A stretch of DNA of 46,727 nt from Corallochytrium limacisporum Hawaii (Eukaryota; Protista; Pluriformea): contig PDIP01000111.1 in NCBI GenBank assembly GCA_002811645.1, forward strand, positions 44,739 to 91,465. The letters run 5' to 3'. The position numbers and the translations under genes were made by a program. Below the pieces are notes generated by a model. That model ran no database searches. It worked only from the letters and a program-made list of their open reading frames with translations, and had not been told where the DNA came from. Below are positions 38,002 to 46,727 of the stretch, one piece after another (the stretch's first letter is position 1; each line of letters starts with the position of its first letter).

Positions 38002-38072
38002 TTTTCGCGCGCGAAAATTTTGGAGTCTGTTTTCTACGGATTCTCCTCTGCCTTGGGAAGTGCGCGCGAAAA
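38002..38072. promoter_or_regulatory. Tandem E2F-type sites in the PLK4 promoter
   Basis: Perfect 16-bp palindrome ttttcgcgcgcgaaaa (38002-38017) and a second gcgcgcgaaaa (38062-38072), 350-420 bp upstream of the PLK4 ATG. Confidence 0.6.
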
Positions 38073-38422
38073 TCTCTGGTGTTATGCGATCAATACTGGA
38101 GCTACTGACTTTCCTTCGTGGTCGTCCCTGCGACCCGACCTTTTCCCTTGGGTTCCGAGCAAAGGAGGGGAAGGGTGGGCAGCGAGCGACTCGACTAGCA
38201 TTTGCACGCACGAAGAAGCTCGCGACATACATGGAGGAACGTATTTCTTGATCTATACTTACGTTGCCAATAACGCAATCTAAGCCGAAACAATGTGAAT
38301 GTAAAGAAAGGAGAGGAGGCGACCCTAAACAGCGACCATTGGTAAAGAAAGCAGGATGAGATCAATACGATGTGACTGCTAAGAGCAAATGCATTAGTAG
38401 AAGTGGAAAAGACGGAAGAAAC

Positions 38423-40756
38423 ATGCCGGGTGTCACATCAAAATCTGAGTCGGCCCCGTACAAACTATGCGAGCGCATTGGTAAGGGTAGCTTTGCTACT
38501 GTCTACCGCGGGGTTGACTGCCATACCGGCAAAGACGTGGCCATTAAGGTCATTGACAAAGCAGTTGCACGGCAAAACAGGCGGGTACTGTCAGTAAGGC
38601 ATGAGATCGAGATTCATCGGACCCTAAATCATCCGCATATAGTAGAACTGCTGGACTATTTTGAGGACAAGAATAGTGTCTACATTGTCCTCGAGTATTG
38701 CCAGAGTCATGATCTTGCGCGCACGGCATGGGGACGAGGCATGCACAGCTATGCGGACATCCGGCGATACGCCCAACAACTCCTTCAGGCGGTCCTGTAC
38801 TTGAATGAAAACAAAATCGTACACCGGGACTTAAAACTATCGAATATTCTTATGGGTGAGTGCAACACAGTTAAATTAGCAGACTTCGGTCTGGCAACGC
38901 GAATTGACAGCAAGGGAGCACCATCGGACGCAGAGAGTATTGAATCCACTCTCTGTGGAACACCAAACTTTATGGCGCCTGAAGTACTGAAAAGGCGTGT
39001 GGAAGACTGGGCTGCGGCAGAGGTGTGGTCTTTGGGCTGCATCCTGTTCACCATGTTCACGGGGCGACCACCTTTCCAGGCTGACACTATACAGAGTACT
39101 TTGCAGCGAGTCACAAAGGGTCTCACAGGGGAAAGCATCCCAGATTGGATCCCTCACATGGCAGCCAATGCGATCCGGAGTATGTGTTCCCTGGATCCAG
39201 GTCAGCGACCTAGTCTGGGAGAACTTAAGAGCCTGCCGTTCTTTGCGGGACAGACTCCATTGTCAGTACCGGTGCCAAGGGGCAAAGCCTCGCCACATAG
39301 CAAGGACACGGCTCGGGAAGATGGTACCCTTCAATGCACACCCACACGGGACATTCCCTCGAAGCCCGTGGATTCAAAATCTTCGACAATAACGCCAACA
39401 TCAGTCAGGGCCATGGAGGACAAACTCAAGCCCCTGGATACTAAATTCCTACGTGCCCATCGGCATCCGAACAAAAAATTTGAGATTGGTATTCTAGAAG
39501 ATGGGAGCGTATACCTCACCACCCGCAACAATACCGACGAGAAGGAAAACTGCAGCAGCGAGTCGGAAAGCCCGAATAAGAAGAAGGGCAGCACTCTGAC
39601 CATTTCCTCGGATGGGCTTCGGATTAAATTTGAAAGCCACGCAACGGGGCAGAAACGAGAGTTTCACCTAGATGATCTGCCCAGCAAATTGTGGCCCAAG
39701 TACAAGTATGCGGCAAAGTTTGTCCGGCTACTGAAATCACGGACACCGGCAGTCATTTACTATGACGCCGAAGGGTGTAAGCATATACTCATGGCCTGCG
39801 TTGAAGACTATATCCGGTTTGAATCCTTTGTCAGTCCGGAATTGAAGCTCGTGTGCAACAGCAGCTCTTGTGCCGTTGAGGTATATCGCACGGGTCGCTT
39901 TGATCAGTCCTACACACAACACAGAGTCATACGCGTCGACGGATGGCAGAAGACGGGCCCCAATGGCTACGAATGCCTCACCCTCGACGCCCTGCCGCCA
40001 GTGTTGGACTCGGATGTCAAGGATGGATTACAGCACACTGCCAAGGCAATGGTCCTGTGCCTTCAAATGTACGCTGCTGCATCAGTTGCTATCGGTGGTC
40101 AGATCCTGACCTGTGGTGATCGTCACCACTATGTGCACAAGTTCCAGTTCCTGGCGTCTTCCCACGACACAACAATGGACTCGCGGCTCTCCCCCAGTGC
40201 GGCTGGGCTTATGCACTCACCGTCGGCGTCAGTGTGCAGCCATGCCACCACAGTGTACAAGACTCCCACTAGCGGCCAACGGCTGAATGGAACTGGCGGC
40301 CACACTTCCCGCATCACCCTTGGAGCGCTGCCATTGTCAAGCCCCCAGCAAGGCGATGACACTGCATACCACGGCGCCTCCTTCCGCACCCCGCGCAGTC
40401 AAGATGCACGGCATCGTGCTCCGCCCACCAAATGCACATTTTTGACCCTCGATGGCGTTGAAGGCAAGATCTGGGCCCTACAGTCGCCTTTGATTGGGGC
40501 GAAGAGCGGGGCCGAGGTCGGCATGACGCTTACTCTACTCTTTCCGGACGGCAGAGTGCTGCGCCTGCGGAAGGGCAAGCGGACGGAGGTGACTGCTGCG
40601 ATGCTTACAGAAGGCAGCCTTGGAAAAGCACCCGAATTCCATACCATCGACCTCAAGGCACCCGAGAATGGTCTTTTCCTGAAGGCAGTGACGCAGACTC
40701 CTGACTTGGTTAAGCGTCTACGCACCTCGACGAAAGGACCAGTGTTGACGCTGTGA
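38423..40756 (+). CDS. PLK4: Polo-like kinase 4 (SAK/PLK4)
   Basis: Kinase motifs GKGSFA, VAIK, HRDLK, DFG and TLCGTPNFMAPE. Cryptic polo box (LKPLDTKFLRAHRH...ILEDGSV; LDDLPSKLWPKYKYAAKFVRLLKSRTP) and a PB3-like C-terminus (WALQ...LLFPDG). First ATG is at 38423; the track start at 38372 is a GTG. Confidence 0.9.
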   Translation: MPGVTSKSESAPYKLCERIGKGSFATVYRGVDCHTGKDVAIKVIDKAVARQNRRVLSVRHEIEIHRTLNHPHIVELLDYFEDKNSVYIVLEYCQSHDLARTAWGRGMHSYADIRRYAQQLLQAVLYLNENKIVHRDLKLSNILMGECNTVKLADFGLATRIDSKGAPSDAESIESTLCGTPNFMAPEVLKRRVEDWAAAEVWSLGCILFTMFTGRPPFQADTIQSTLQRVTKGLTGESIPDWIPHMAANAIRSMCSLDPGQRPSLGELKSLPFFAGQTPLSVPVPRGKASPHSKDTAREDGTLQCTPTRDIPSKPVDSKSSTITPTSVRAMEDKLKPLDTKFLRAHRHPNKKFEIGILEDGSVYLTTRNNTDEKENCSSESESPNKKKGSTLTISSDGLRIKFESHATGQKREFHLDDLPSKLWPKYKYAAKFVRLLKSRTPAVIYYDAEGCKHILMACVEDYIRFESFVSPELKLVCNSSSCAVEVYRTGRFDQSYTQHRVIRVDGWQKTGPNGYECLTLDALPPVLDSDVKDGLQHTAKAMVLCLQMYAAASVAIGGQILTCGDRHHYVHKFQFLASSHDTTMDSRLSPSAAGLMHSPSASVCSHATTVYKTPTSGQRLNGTGGHTSRITLGALPLSSPQQGDDTAYHGASFRTPRSQDARHRAPPTKCTFLTLDGVEGKIWALQSPLIGAKSGAEVGMTLTLLFPDGRVLRLRKGKRTEVTAAMLTEGSLGKAPEFHTIDLKAPENGLFLKAVTQTPDLVKRLRTSTKGPVLTL

Positions 40757-40899
40757 CCACGACCAAGGAAACGTGGTAGAATATAGAACTTTACACACAG
40801 AGAGACTGTATTCGTATACTTGACTGCTAGTGTTGTGGATTTCGTACTTGGTAAATGCTATTGTTGAGTTGATGTGTGACTCTTCTCTTTCTGGTCCCT

Positions 40900-42507
40900 T
40901 CATACTGACGATGCTTGATGGGGCATTGGCTCATCAAGATACCGGAATTCGTAGAACAGCGGATAATTCAGAATGTTCCACGGTTTGCTGGCATACAGAT
41001 CCGCGTAGCGACGGGCCTGGTTGGCGAAGAAAGTCTGTCGCGTACCGCTGCGGAAGAGGCCGCCAAAGGTAGGATTGAAGGCATCGTCCATGGCTTTCTC
41101 TGTCTCGTGGATTTTCTTCTTTAGACCGGTGACATCGGGTTCCTCACTAGCATCCACGTCCAGGTCTCGGAAGGTTTCCGCAATCATGAAGTCCAGATTG
41201 TGTAGGTGCGTCACCAAATGCCCGACGTTCTTCTGAATCGCCAACTCCCGAGTCATCTCCGGCACGACCAACAGGGTCCGCCAGGCGTGGGTCTTCTTAC
41301 TTTTCAAAATGTCGCCGAAGATGTGGTCACCAAAGTACAGAATACTCTTGCCCGCCGCTCCTGTGTACTCGCAGAACAGTGCCGACGAGCCACCGGTGTA
41401 AATCTTACCCGGTTGGAACTTGCCCTTGACGGAGCCAATCTTCAGATCACCCGTGGTTTCATCGACCTCCCGAAGAGATGATCCCTGCGTGAAGAATAGG
41501 GGCTTCTTAGCGTCACAGATGATCACATCAAAGTATTCTTTCCAGTGCTTCGAGGGGCCTCCTTCTTCGCTAAAGTCAGTCAGATACGTCATAATGATGT
41601 TGGTGTAAGCGTACTCCGAGTTGGTCGCTAGGAATGTCTTGCGTCCACCTTCCCTTATCTTGTCTAACATGCGTGGCAGCTGCTCCTCCTTTTCCACGTA
41701 CTTTTCCAGGTTGGCCACGGTGGCATCCTTAAGTTGTCCCTTCAGATGCACATGATCCACAGCTAAACGAAGGTCCTGGTAAATATTCTGATAGCTGAGC
41801 ACAATCGTCTCTGATTGAAATCCGCTACTGGTCTTCTCAAATTCTGTGTGGCTGTCAAAAAATGTGACCAGGTCCGCAATCAGACATGTCTCCGGCAGGT
41901 TGAATAGAGTGTTCAGCACACTGTAACGCTTGCCAATTTCGTCGGAGAGCACAAAGGAGTTGGGATAGAGCTGCGAGATCTCCTGGGGTGTCAGCTTTGT
42001 GTGCCCGTGGACCGCAAGCAGGATGTTCCCAAAACCATCAACTTTCACTAGGTTACCCGCTTCAACATCGAAGAAAAGACCACGCAGCGGAAAGTCACGG
42101 TCGTAGCGTAGTGTACCAATCTCTTCGGGGTAACCATATTCAACGAGCCTATCCCTCACGAGGTTGTAACCCAGTTCCTCGTAGTCTGGACTCTTGTACT
42201 GCGCAAGAGTATAGTCCATATCGTACCCGAACCATTCAATCTCATTCAAACTGACATTGCGGTTTACGTACACTCGCTTGTCCGATGGACGTTTGTACTT
42301 TGGGGGCAGGGTCTGCTCCGGAACATCTACGTACTTGTCCAATTCTTGCTTTGTCGGTGGGTAGGATAGCTCATTGAGGATAACCCCGCTTTGAGAGCGC
42401 CTTCGAGCTCCTGGTATCCCCATATCTGGTACGTCGTCGTCCCGTGCCGATCGCCGCTTGTCGAGCAGCTTCTTGGCCGGTTCCAGGTTGTTCTTTGACA
42501 TCGTCAT
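40900..42507 (-). CDS. NT5C2: Cytosolic purine (IMP/GMP) 5'-nucleotidase, HAD family
   Basis: RVYVNR, motif I YDMDYTLAQYKSP, NTLFNLPE, FLATNSEY, AKKPLFF, YFGDHIFGDILKSKK, FRSGTRQTFFA...RYADLY. Confidence 0.95.
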   Translation of the reverse strand: MTMSKNNLEPAKKLLDKRRSARDDDVPDMGIPGARRRSQSGVILNELSYPPTKQELDKYVDVPEQTLPPKYKRPSDKRVYVNRNVSLNEIEWFGYDMDYTLAQYKSPDYEELGYNLVRDRLVEYGYPEEIGTLRYDRDFPLRGLFFDVEAGNLVKVDGFGNILLAVHGHTKLTPQEISQLYPNSFVLSDEIGKRYSVLNTLFNLPETCLIADLVTFFDSHTEFEKTSSGFQSETIVLSYQNIYQDLRLAVDHVHLKGQLKDATVANLEKYVEKEEQLPRMLDKIREGGRKTFLATNSEYAYTNIIMTYLTDFSEEGGPSKHWKEYFDVIICDAKKPLFFTQGSSLREVDETTGDLKIGSVKGKFQPGKIYTGGSSALFCEYTGAAGKSILYFGDHIFGDILKSKKTHAWRTLLVVPEMTRELAIQKNVGHLVTHLHNLDFMIAETFRDLDVDASEEPDVTGLKKKIHETEKAMDDAFNPTFGGLFRSGTRQTFFANQARRYADLYASKPWNILNYPLFYEFRYLDEPMPHQASSV

Positions 42508-43736
42508 TCTTACTTCTATTTTCTATTCACGCAATTCCATTCCAAGACGCGCTGACTTTGTTTTACTACCCTGACCGCTGCTATTCCTTACATACGTTCC
42601 CTAGAAGTGCCAAGGACGACCGCTTATCACACCTCTCATTCCCACACACTCTCTTGGCACTCACATTCCTCCGCTAGCGCACCACCCGTGCCAACCGGCC
42701 CCGCCTCCTCCCAAATGTCCGGGGGTATCCACTGCTGAGCCTCCCCCTCCGCCTTCGGAAGAGAGGGAGGAGGAGGGGGTGTGTACATACCGCGAACCTC
42801 ACTCTCCAAACTGGGGAAGTCTGGCTGACTGCCGTTGACACTGCGATGCTCCCGCTTTCTGTGCGCACTCACGGCGCTGCAATTCCAATGTTCGCCGTCC
42901 GTACTGCTCCACTCTGTTTCAACTGCGCAGGCAGTTCTGCAAGCAGACGCGCCCAACTGCATTGAGGGGACCTCAGACGGCGATGACTCGCACACATCAC
43001 TGGTACGGATTCTTGGCGTTTCACATTGGAGATGGTTCCCATCCCTTTAAGGGCTCAAGAGTGTCGAGCCCAATTGCCACCGCGACAGCCAGATCATACT
43101 GGTGTCTCCAGCGCGCAGATATGGAGAGAAAAACAAAGTGAAATTTGTCGCGTTGCTTCCACTTTCCCTTTGTCTGCGGGCACCCGCGGCTGCGGGGAGG
43201 TGACGCGAAGCCTGAGTTTTGGTCCCGCCCACCTCCCCGGGACGCCTCTCCCTTTCCCTGTGGAACAGAAAACACGAACAAACAGCCACAACAAACCAGT
43301 AGCTACTGTCCCGGTGTATCATCACAACCAAGACCTGACGGGTTTGAACCGGCATAGGGGAAACAGGCCTTTCGTCACCCATAGCGGGCTATCTAGATTT
43401 CCACCAAGGCGCACCAAAGCGGGAGATTGAGTTCTTGTTTTCAAACGACGAGAGTAACATTCTCAGGGGAGTCTATTTTCCCACCTCGACAAGCGAACGG
43501 CCTGCGGGCTACCGACCGTCTCACCAAGCGACGGCCCTGCCATATGAAGTGCAAAGCAAAATACCTAATCTTCATTCGGCACAGTCTTCAGTTTCTGGTT
43601 GGCTACTTCTAAGGTAGTCGGTCATGAGGCCGTTTCTTCTCCTCGAAGTTCGACTAGCATGCAGGATATTTCGGAGAAGCCAAAGGGCGCCCGTCGGTTC
43701 AGCATGTGATAGTGGGATCCTCCGGAGTGAATTGTT

Positions 43737-44900
43737 ATGTTTTGGTTTTGCTGCACCATGCATAGATTGATGTGTTTGGTCGTAGCCTTGCTGATGCTTG
43801 TCACAGCCGTCTGTGCCAGTAATAGTACTACCAGCCATAATGATAATTGGGCCGTTCTGGTTTCGGGATCCCGATTTTGGTTCAATTATAGACACTCCGC
43901 CAACACCCTGTCTTTCTATCGCATTGTCAAAGAGCATGGTATCCCTGACTCCAACATAATTCTTATGTTGCCTGATGATATGGCTTGCAATCCACGTAAC
44001 ATATATCCGGGTAAGGTCGTCGGCCAGGCTGCACAGAACGTAGATTTGTATGGGGAAAACGTGGAGGTGGACTACCGCGGGTATCAAGTTACAGCCAGTA
44101 ACTTCATGCGGGTACTGGTCGGTCGACATTCAGCAGAAACACCAGCTTCAATGCGCTTGAATTCAGGGCCGAACAGCAACGTCTTGGTATACCTAACCGG
44201 CCACGGTGGAGAAGACTTCTTCAAGTTCCAGGATTTTGAAGAGATCACATCTGCAGAACTTGCAGACGCATTTCAACAAATGTATGAGCAGGAGCGGTAC
44301 AAGAACCTCTTGTTCGTTATTGACACATGTCATGCGGAGTCAATGTACTCAAAGATCACTAGTCCAAATATTGTGTCAGTGGCGTCGAGCACTCGGGAGG
44401 AGGACTCGTTTTCCTTTGGATGCAACCGCGACCTCGGAGTCTCGTTGATCGATCGGTTCTCTCAGGAGTTTCTGCTCTTCCTGGAGAACGTGACTCGGGA
44501 ATCCACATCGACGATTAAGGATGTGCTTACACCTATGACCTATCAGAAACTCAAGTCTCACCACAACTATGATGATAGTCTATCCACGGTGAAGATTGAC
44601 AAGCTTCAACTGGTAGACTTCTTTACTAACGAGAAGACATACAGAAGCAAACATACTATGAGGCATTCCTTGCAGCGGCGGGGATCTGAGTTTTGGCTGG
44701 GCGAGACGTTGCAGCCCATTCCGCGGTCGCTGCTGGATGAGAGAATTAGTGACGGTCACGTAGCAAAGGACCAAAGTCTTCTGGTGCCAGTTCTGGAAGC
44801 GATCAAAGTGGCTCTGCGTCAAGCGAAGACCTATGTTGGAACCACACAAGCCGCCACATTGTGGCTTGGAATCATCGTTCTAGGAATGCTAATCAGTTGA
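43737..44900 (+). CDS. PIGK: GPI-anchor transamidase catalytic subunit (peptidase C13)
   Basis: Signal peptide, NWAVLVSGSRFWFNYRH, DDMACNPRN, catalytic GHGG and IDTC, C-terminal hydrophobic anchor. An alternative start at 43758 (caccATG) is possible. Confidence 0.95.
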   Translation: MFWFCCTMHRLMCLVVALLMLVTAVCASNSTTSHNDNWAVLVSGSRFWFNYRHSANTLSFYRIVKEHGIPDSNIILMLPDDMACNPRNIYPGKVVGQAAQNVDLYGENVEVDYRGYQVTASNFMRVLVGRHSAETPASMRLNSGPNSNVLVYLTGHGGEDFFKFQDFEEITSAELADAFQQMYEQERYKNLLFVIDTCHAESMYSKITSPNIVSVASSTREEDSFSFGCNRDLGVSLIDRFSQEFLLFLENVTRESTSTIKDVLTPMTYQKLKSHHNYDDSLSTVKIDKLQLVDFFTNEKTYRSKHTMRHSLQRRGSEFWLGETLQPIPRSLLDERISDGHVAKDQSLLVPVLEAIKVALRQAKTYVGTTQAATLWLGIIVLGMLIS

Positions 44901-44989
44901 ATAATTTTTTTAAATAGTGACAAGCAAATTATAGTCGTAAAATCAATACTCTAGTAATGTACTTAATTCTTTAAACATCGGGTTGTGAT

Positions 44990-45517
44990 TCAGACTGATG
45001 ATAAGAAACTGTCGGCTGTATACAGATGTACGTGTTTGTTGATCCGGTCGTTGCTTTCATTGTGTAGAATTCTTATGGGAGTCCATGACGCAACAGGGAA
45101 ACCATTGGTGATTAAACGGTGTTTTTGTGGGTTGGACTCCAGCCAGGTTTTAAGGCGATCAGCCAGAGCGTTGAGAGCCTCAGGCAGCAGATACAGGATC
45201 AGTACTGTCACTGGTGACGACTGCAGATCGATGCAGTACAGATCTTCCTCCACAATCTGCACCGAATCAAATACATCATCACCTGCCTCTACGACATTAC
45301 GTCTTGCTACCTGCACCAGGACTTCGTCCAACTCGTAGCCGATGGCCTTGCAACCGAACCTCTGGACCGCCCGGATGAGAAGACGTGCATCGCCACAACC
45401 TAGGTCAACTACAGTGTCGTCATCTTGAATTTTTGCTAATTCGAACGCTAGTTCAATCAATTCATCACTACTTGGCAGATATGGCGCCACGTATCCTTTA
45501 CCGGACAGATCTGTCAT
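44990..45517 (-). CDS. Class I SAM-dependent methyltransferase, FAM173/aKMT-like protein lysine methyltransferase
   Basis: APYLPS, motif I VDLGCGDAR, GYELD, LYLLPE, ITNGFPVASWTP. First ATG is at 45517 (aaccATG); the track start at 45604 is a TTG. Confidence 0.82.
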   Translation of the reverse strand: MTDLSGKGYVAPYLPSSDELIELAFELAKIQDDDTVVDLGCGDARLLIRAVQRFGCKAIGYELDEVLVQVARRNVVEAGDDVFDSVQIVEEDLYCIDLQSSPVTVLILYLLPEALNALADRLKTWLESNPQKHRLITNGFPVASWTPIRILHNESNDRINKHVHLYTADSFLSSV

Positions 45518-45920
45518 GGTTTGGATTGCCAAACAAAATTCTTTAGCCCGTGCAAATTGGTAACATTGGAATAGAATGCCGTTTTCTGGAAGTAGTAGAT
45601 CCAATCTGCAGGATACGCAAAACGAAAAATGGCTGTGAATAATTTATACGATTTTACAGGGCTCCTGGTGACCATGAGCTGGGTCTCAAGCAATGCTGAT
45701 GCACTGCTTCGAATCCGACCCACAACCCATGTCCCCATCCCACACAGCGGCACACGAGGGTTTCGCCCAGCGACCCGCAGTGCGCGGCCTTCCGCAAGCT
45801 TAAAGAGCTAGCCCACACCCTTCAATTGTACAGCTGCCACAGTCTGCGAAGTGGAAGGACCCCCGTCACCGGCCGTCAACGGCAAAACCAACATCGGGAA
45901 GCCCTCTAACTGAACCCTCG

Positions 45921-45950
45921 ATTGGCACCTTAGCGAAAATTGGGGCGGAG
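45921..45950. promoter_or_regulatory. CCAAT box plus GC box upstream of the methyltransferase gene
   Basis: attgg at 45921-45925 and ggggcggag at 45942-45950. Confidence 0.35.
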
Positions 45951-46727
45951 GAAGGCTAGATTTCCCGGGCAGGTCTTCGTTGCCGCTTCAAATACACAAT
46001 AGTCTGGCCGTCCTTATGGATTACCCTGGGGGCCGACAGACTTTGCTTCTCGGTCCGCATTCCTCGCATTGCTGTAGAGAATGTATGAAATAATGAAATC
46101 TCTGCCGGCTTAGTGATGACCATAGTACCAGGGAAAGCATATACGGGTGGGGTGAGGCAGAACGAAACGAGACGGCGAACCCCTACCCGTCCGCGATGTT
46201 CGGTCATTTGATCGTAGCTGCGTCCCTTTGGCCTTTCGTTCAGAGACCAAACTCCCTTTCTCCCCAACGCCCCACGCCAATTGTTTGTTCCGTAGTAAAA
46301 GTACAAAAAGTATACCCAGGGAGTATGATCTGAGAGAACTTCCCTCGAAGGACTCGTGAGTCGGGAGGGGAGGCCGGCAAAGCCAGACCAAGCCACTGAC
46401 TCCGCAAACCGTGACTTTTTTGATGACACAGTCTGGACGGCATTCCGAACCATACACTAACTGGCTTACAGAACTTGAGAGGGTGTATACCGATTTGCGT
46501 CATCAAAATATACGGTGCCACGAATGCCCAATCGCCGCATAGGCAGGTTGGTACGCTGGCAACGACTACTACCATTCAGTAGGCAATCTGTGGATGGAAA
46601 ACGGACATTTGAGCTGCTCGAAATGACGAAGAGATGTACCAACCTCTGTTCAATAAAAAAGTGCAGAATTTCGAAAAACCGGTGTTCAACAAAAATTTGC
46701 ACAATTCGTGATTGTTAGCCCAAGCGT

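Noticed and set aside
1-46727. CRISPR arrays, transposases, rRNA or prokaryotic operons
   Set aside because: No regularly spaced repeats, transposase/RT motifs or rRNA signatures were seen; the DNA is eukaryotic.

Overview
Eukaryotic nuclear DNA carrying 14 long, apparently intronless protein-coding genes with an animal-like (holozoan) repertoire: VIT-vWA (VWA5A-like), TPK1, an SMN-like protein with an extra C-terminal domain, a C1-RasGEF, an orphan (weakly FANCB-like), an EamA/SLC35G transporter, TBCK, an iRhom orthologue, PP2A-B55, DIS3L2, PLK4, NT5C2, PIGK/GPI8 and a FAM173/aKMT-like methyltransferase. Convergent pairs are separated by only about 90-160 bp. Upstream regions contain GC-rich cores with C-runs, CCCGGG and G-runs, plus CCAAT and E2F-like boxes. 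A 6.3 kb microsatellite-rich non-coding stretch with a 645-N gap lies upstream of the RasGEF. The gene set plus the lack of introns suggests an intron-poor unicellular holozoan such as Corallochytrium (inference only). The most notable observations are (1) an iRhom that keeps the rhomboid catalytic Ser/His and has an N-terminal EF-hand-like module, (2) SMN fused to a prokaryote-like riboflavin-kinase-fold domain and head-to-head with TPK1, and (3) a shared E2F-type element upstream of PLK4 and the orphan gene. All family assignments come from motif recognition by eye; no database search was run.
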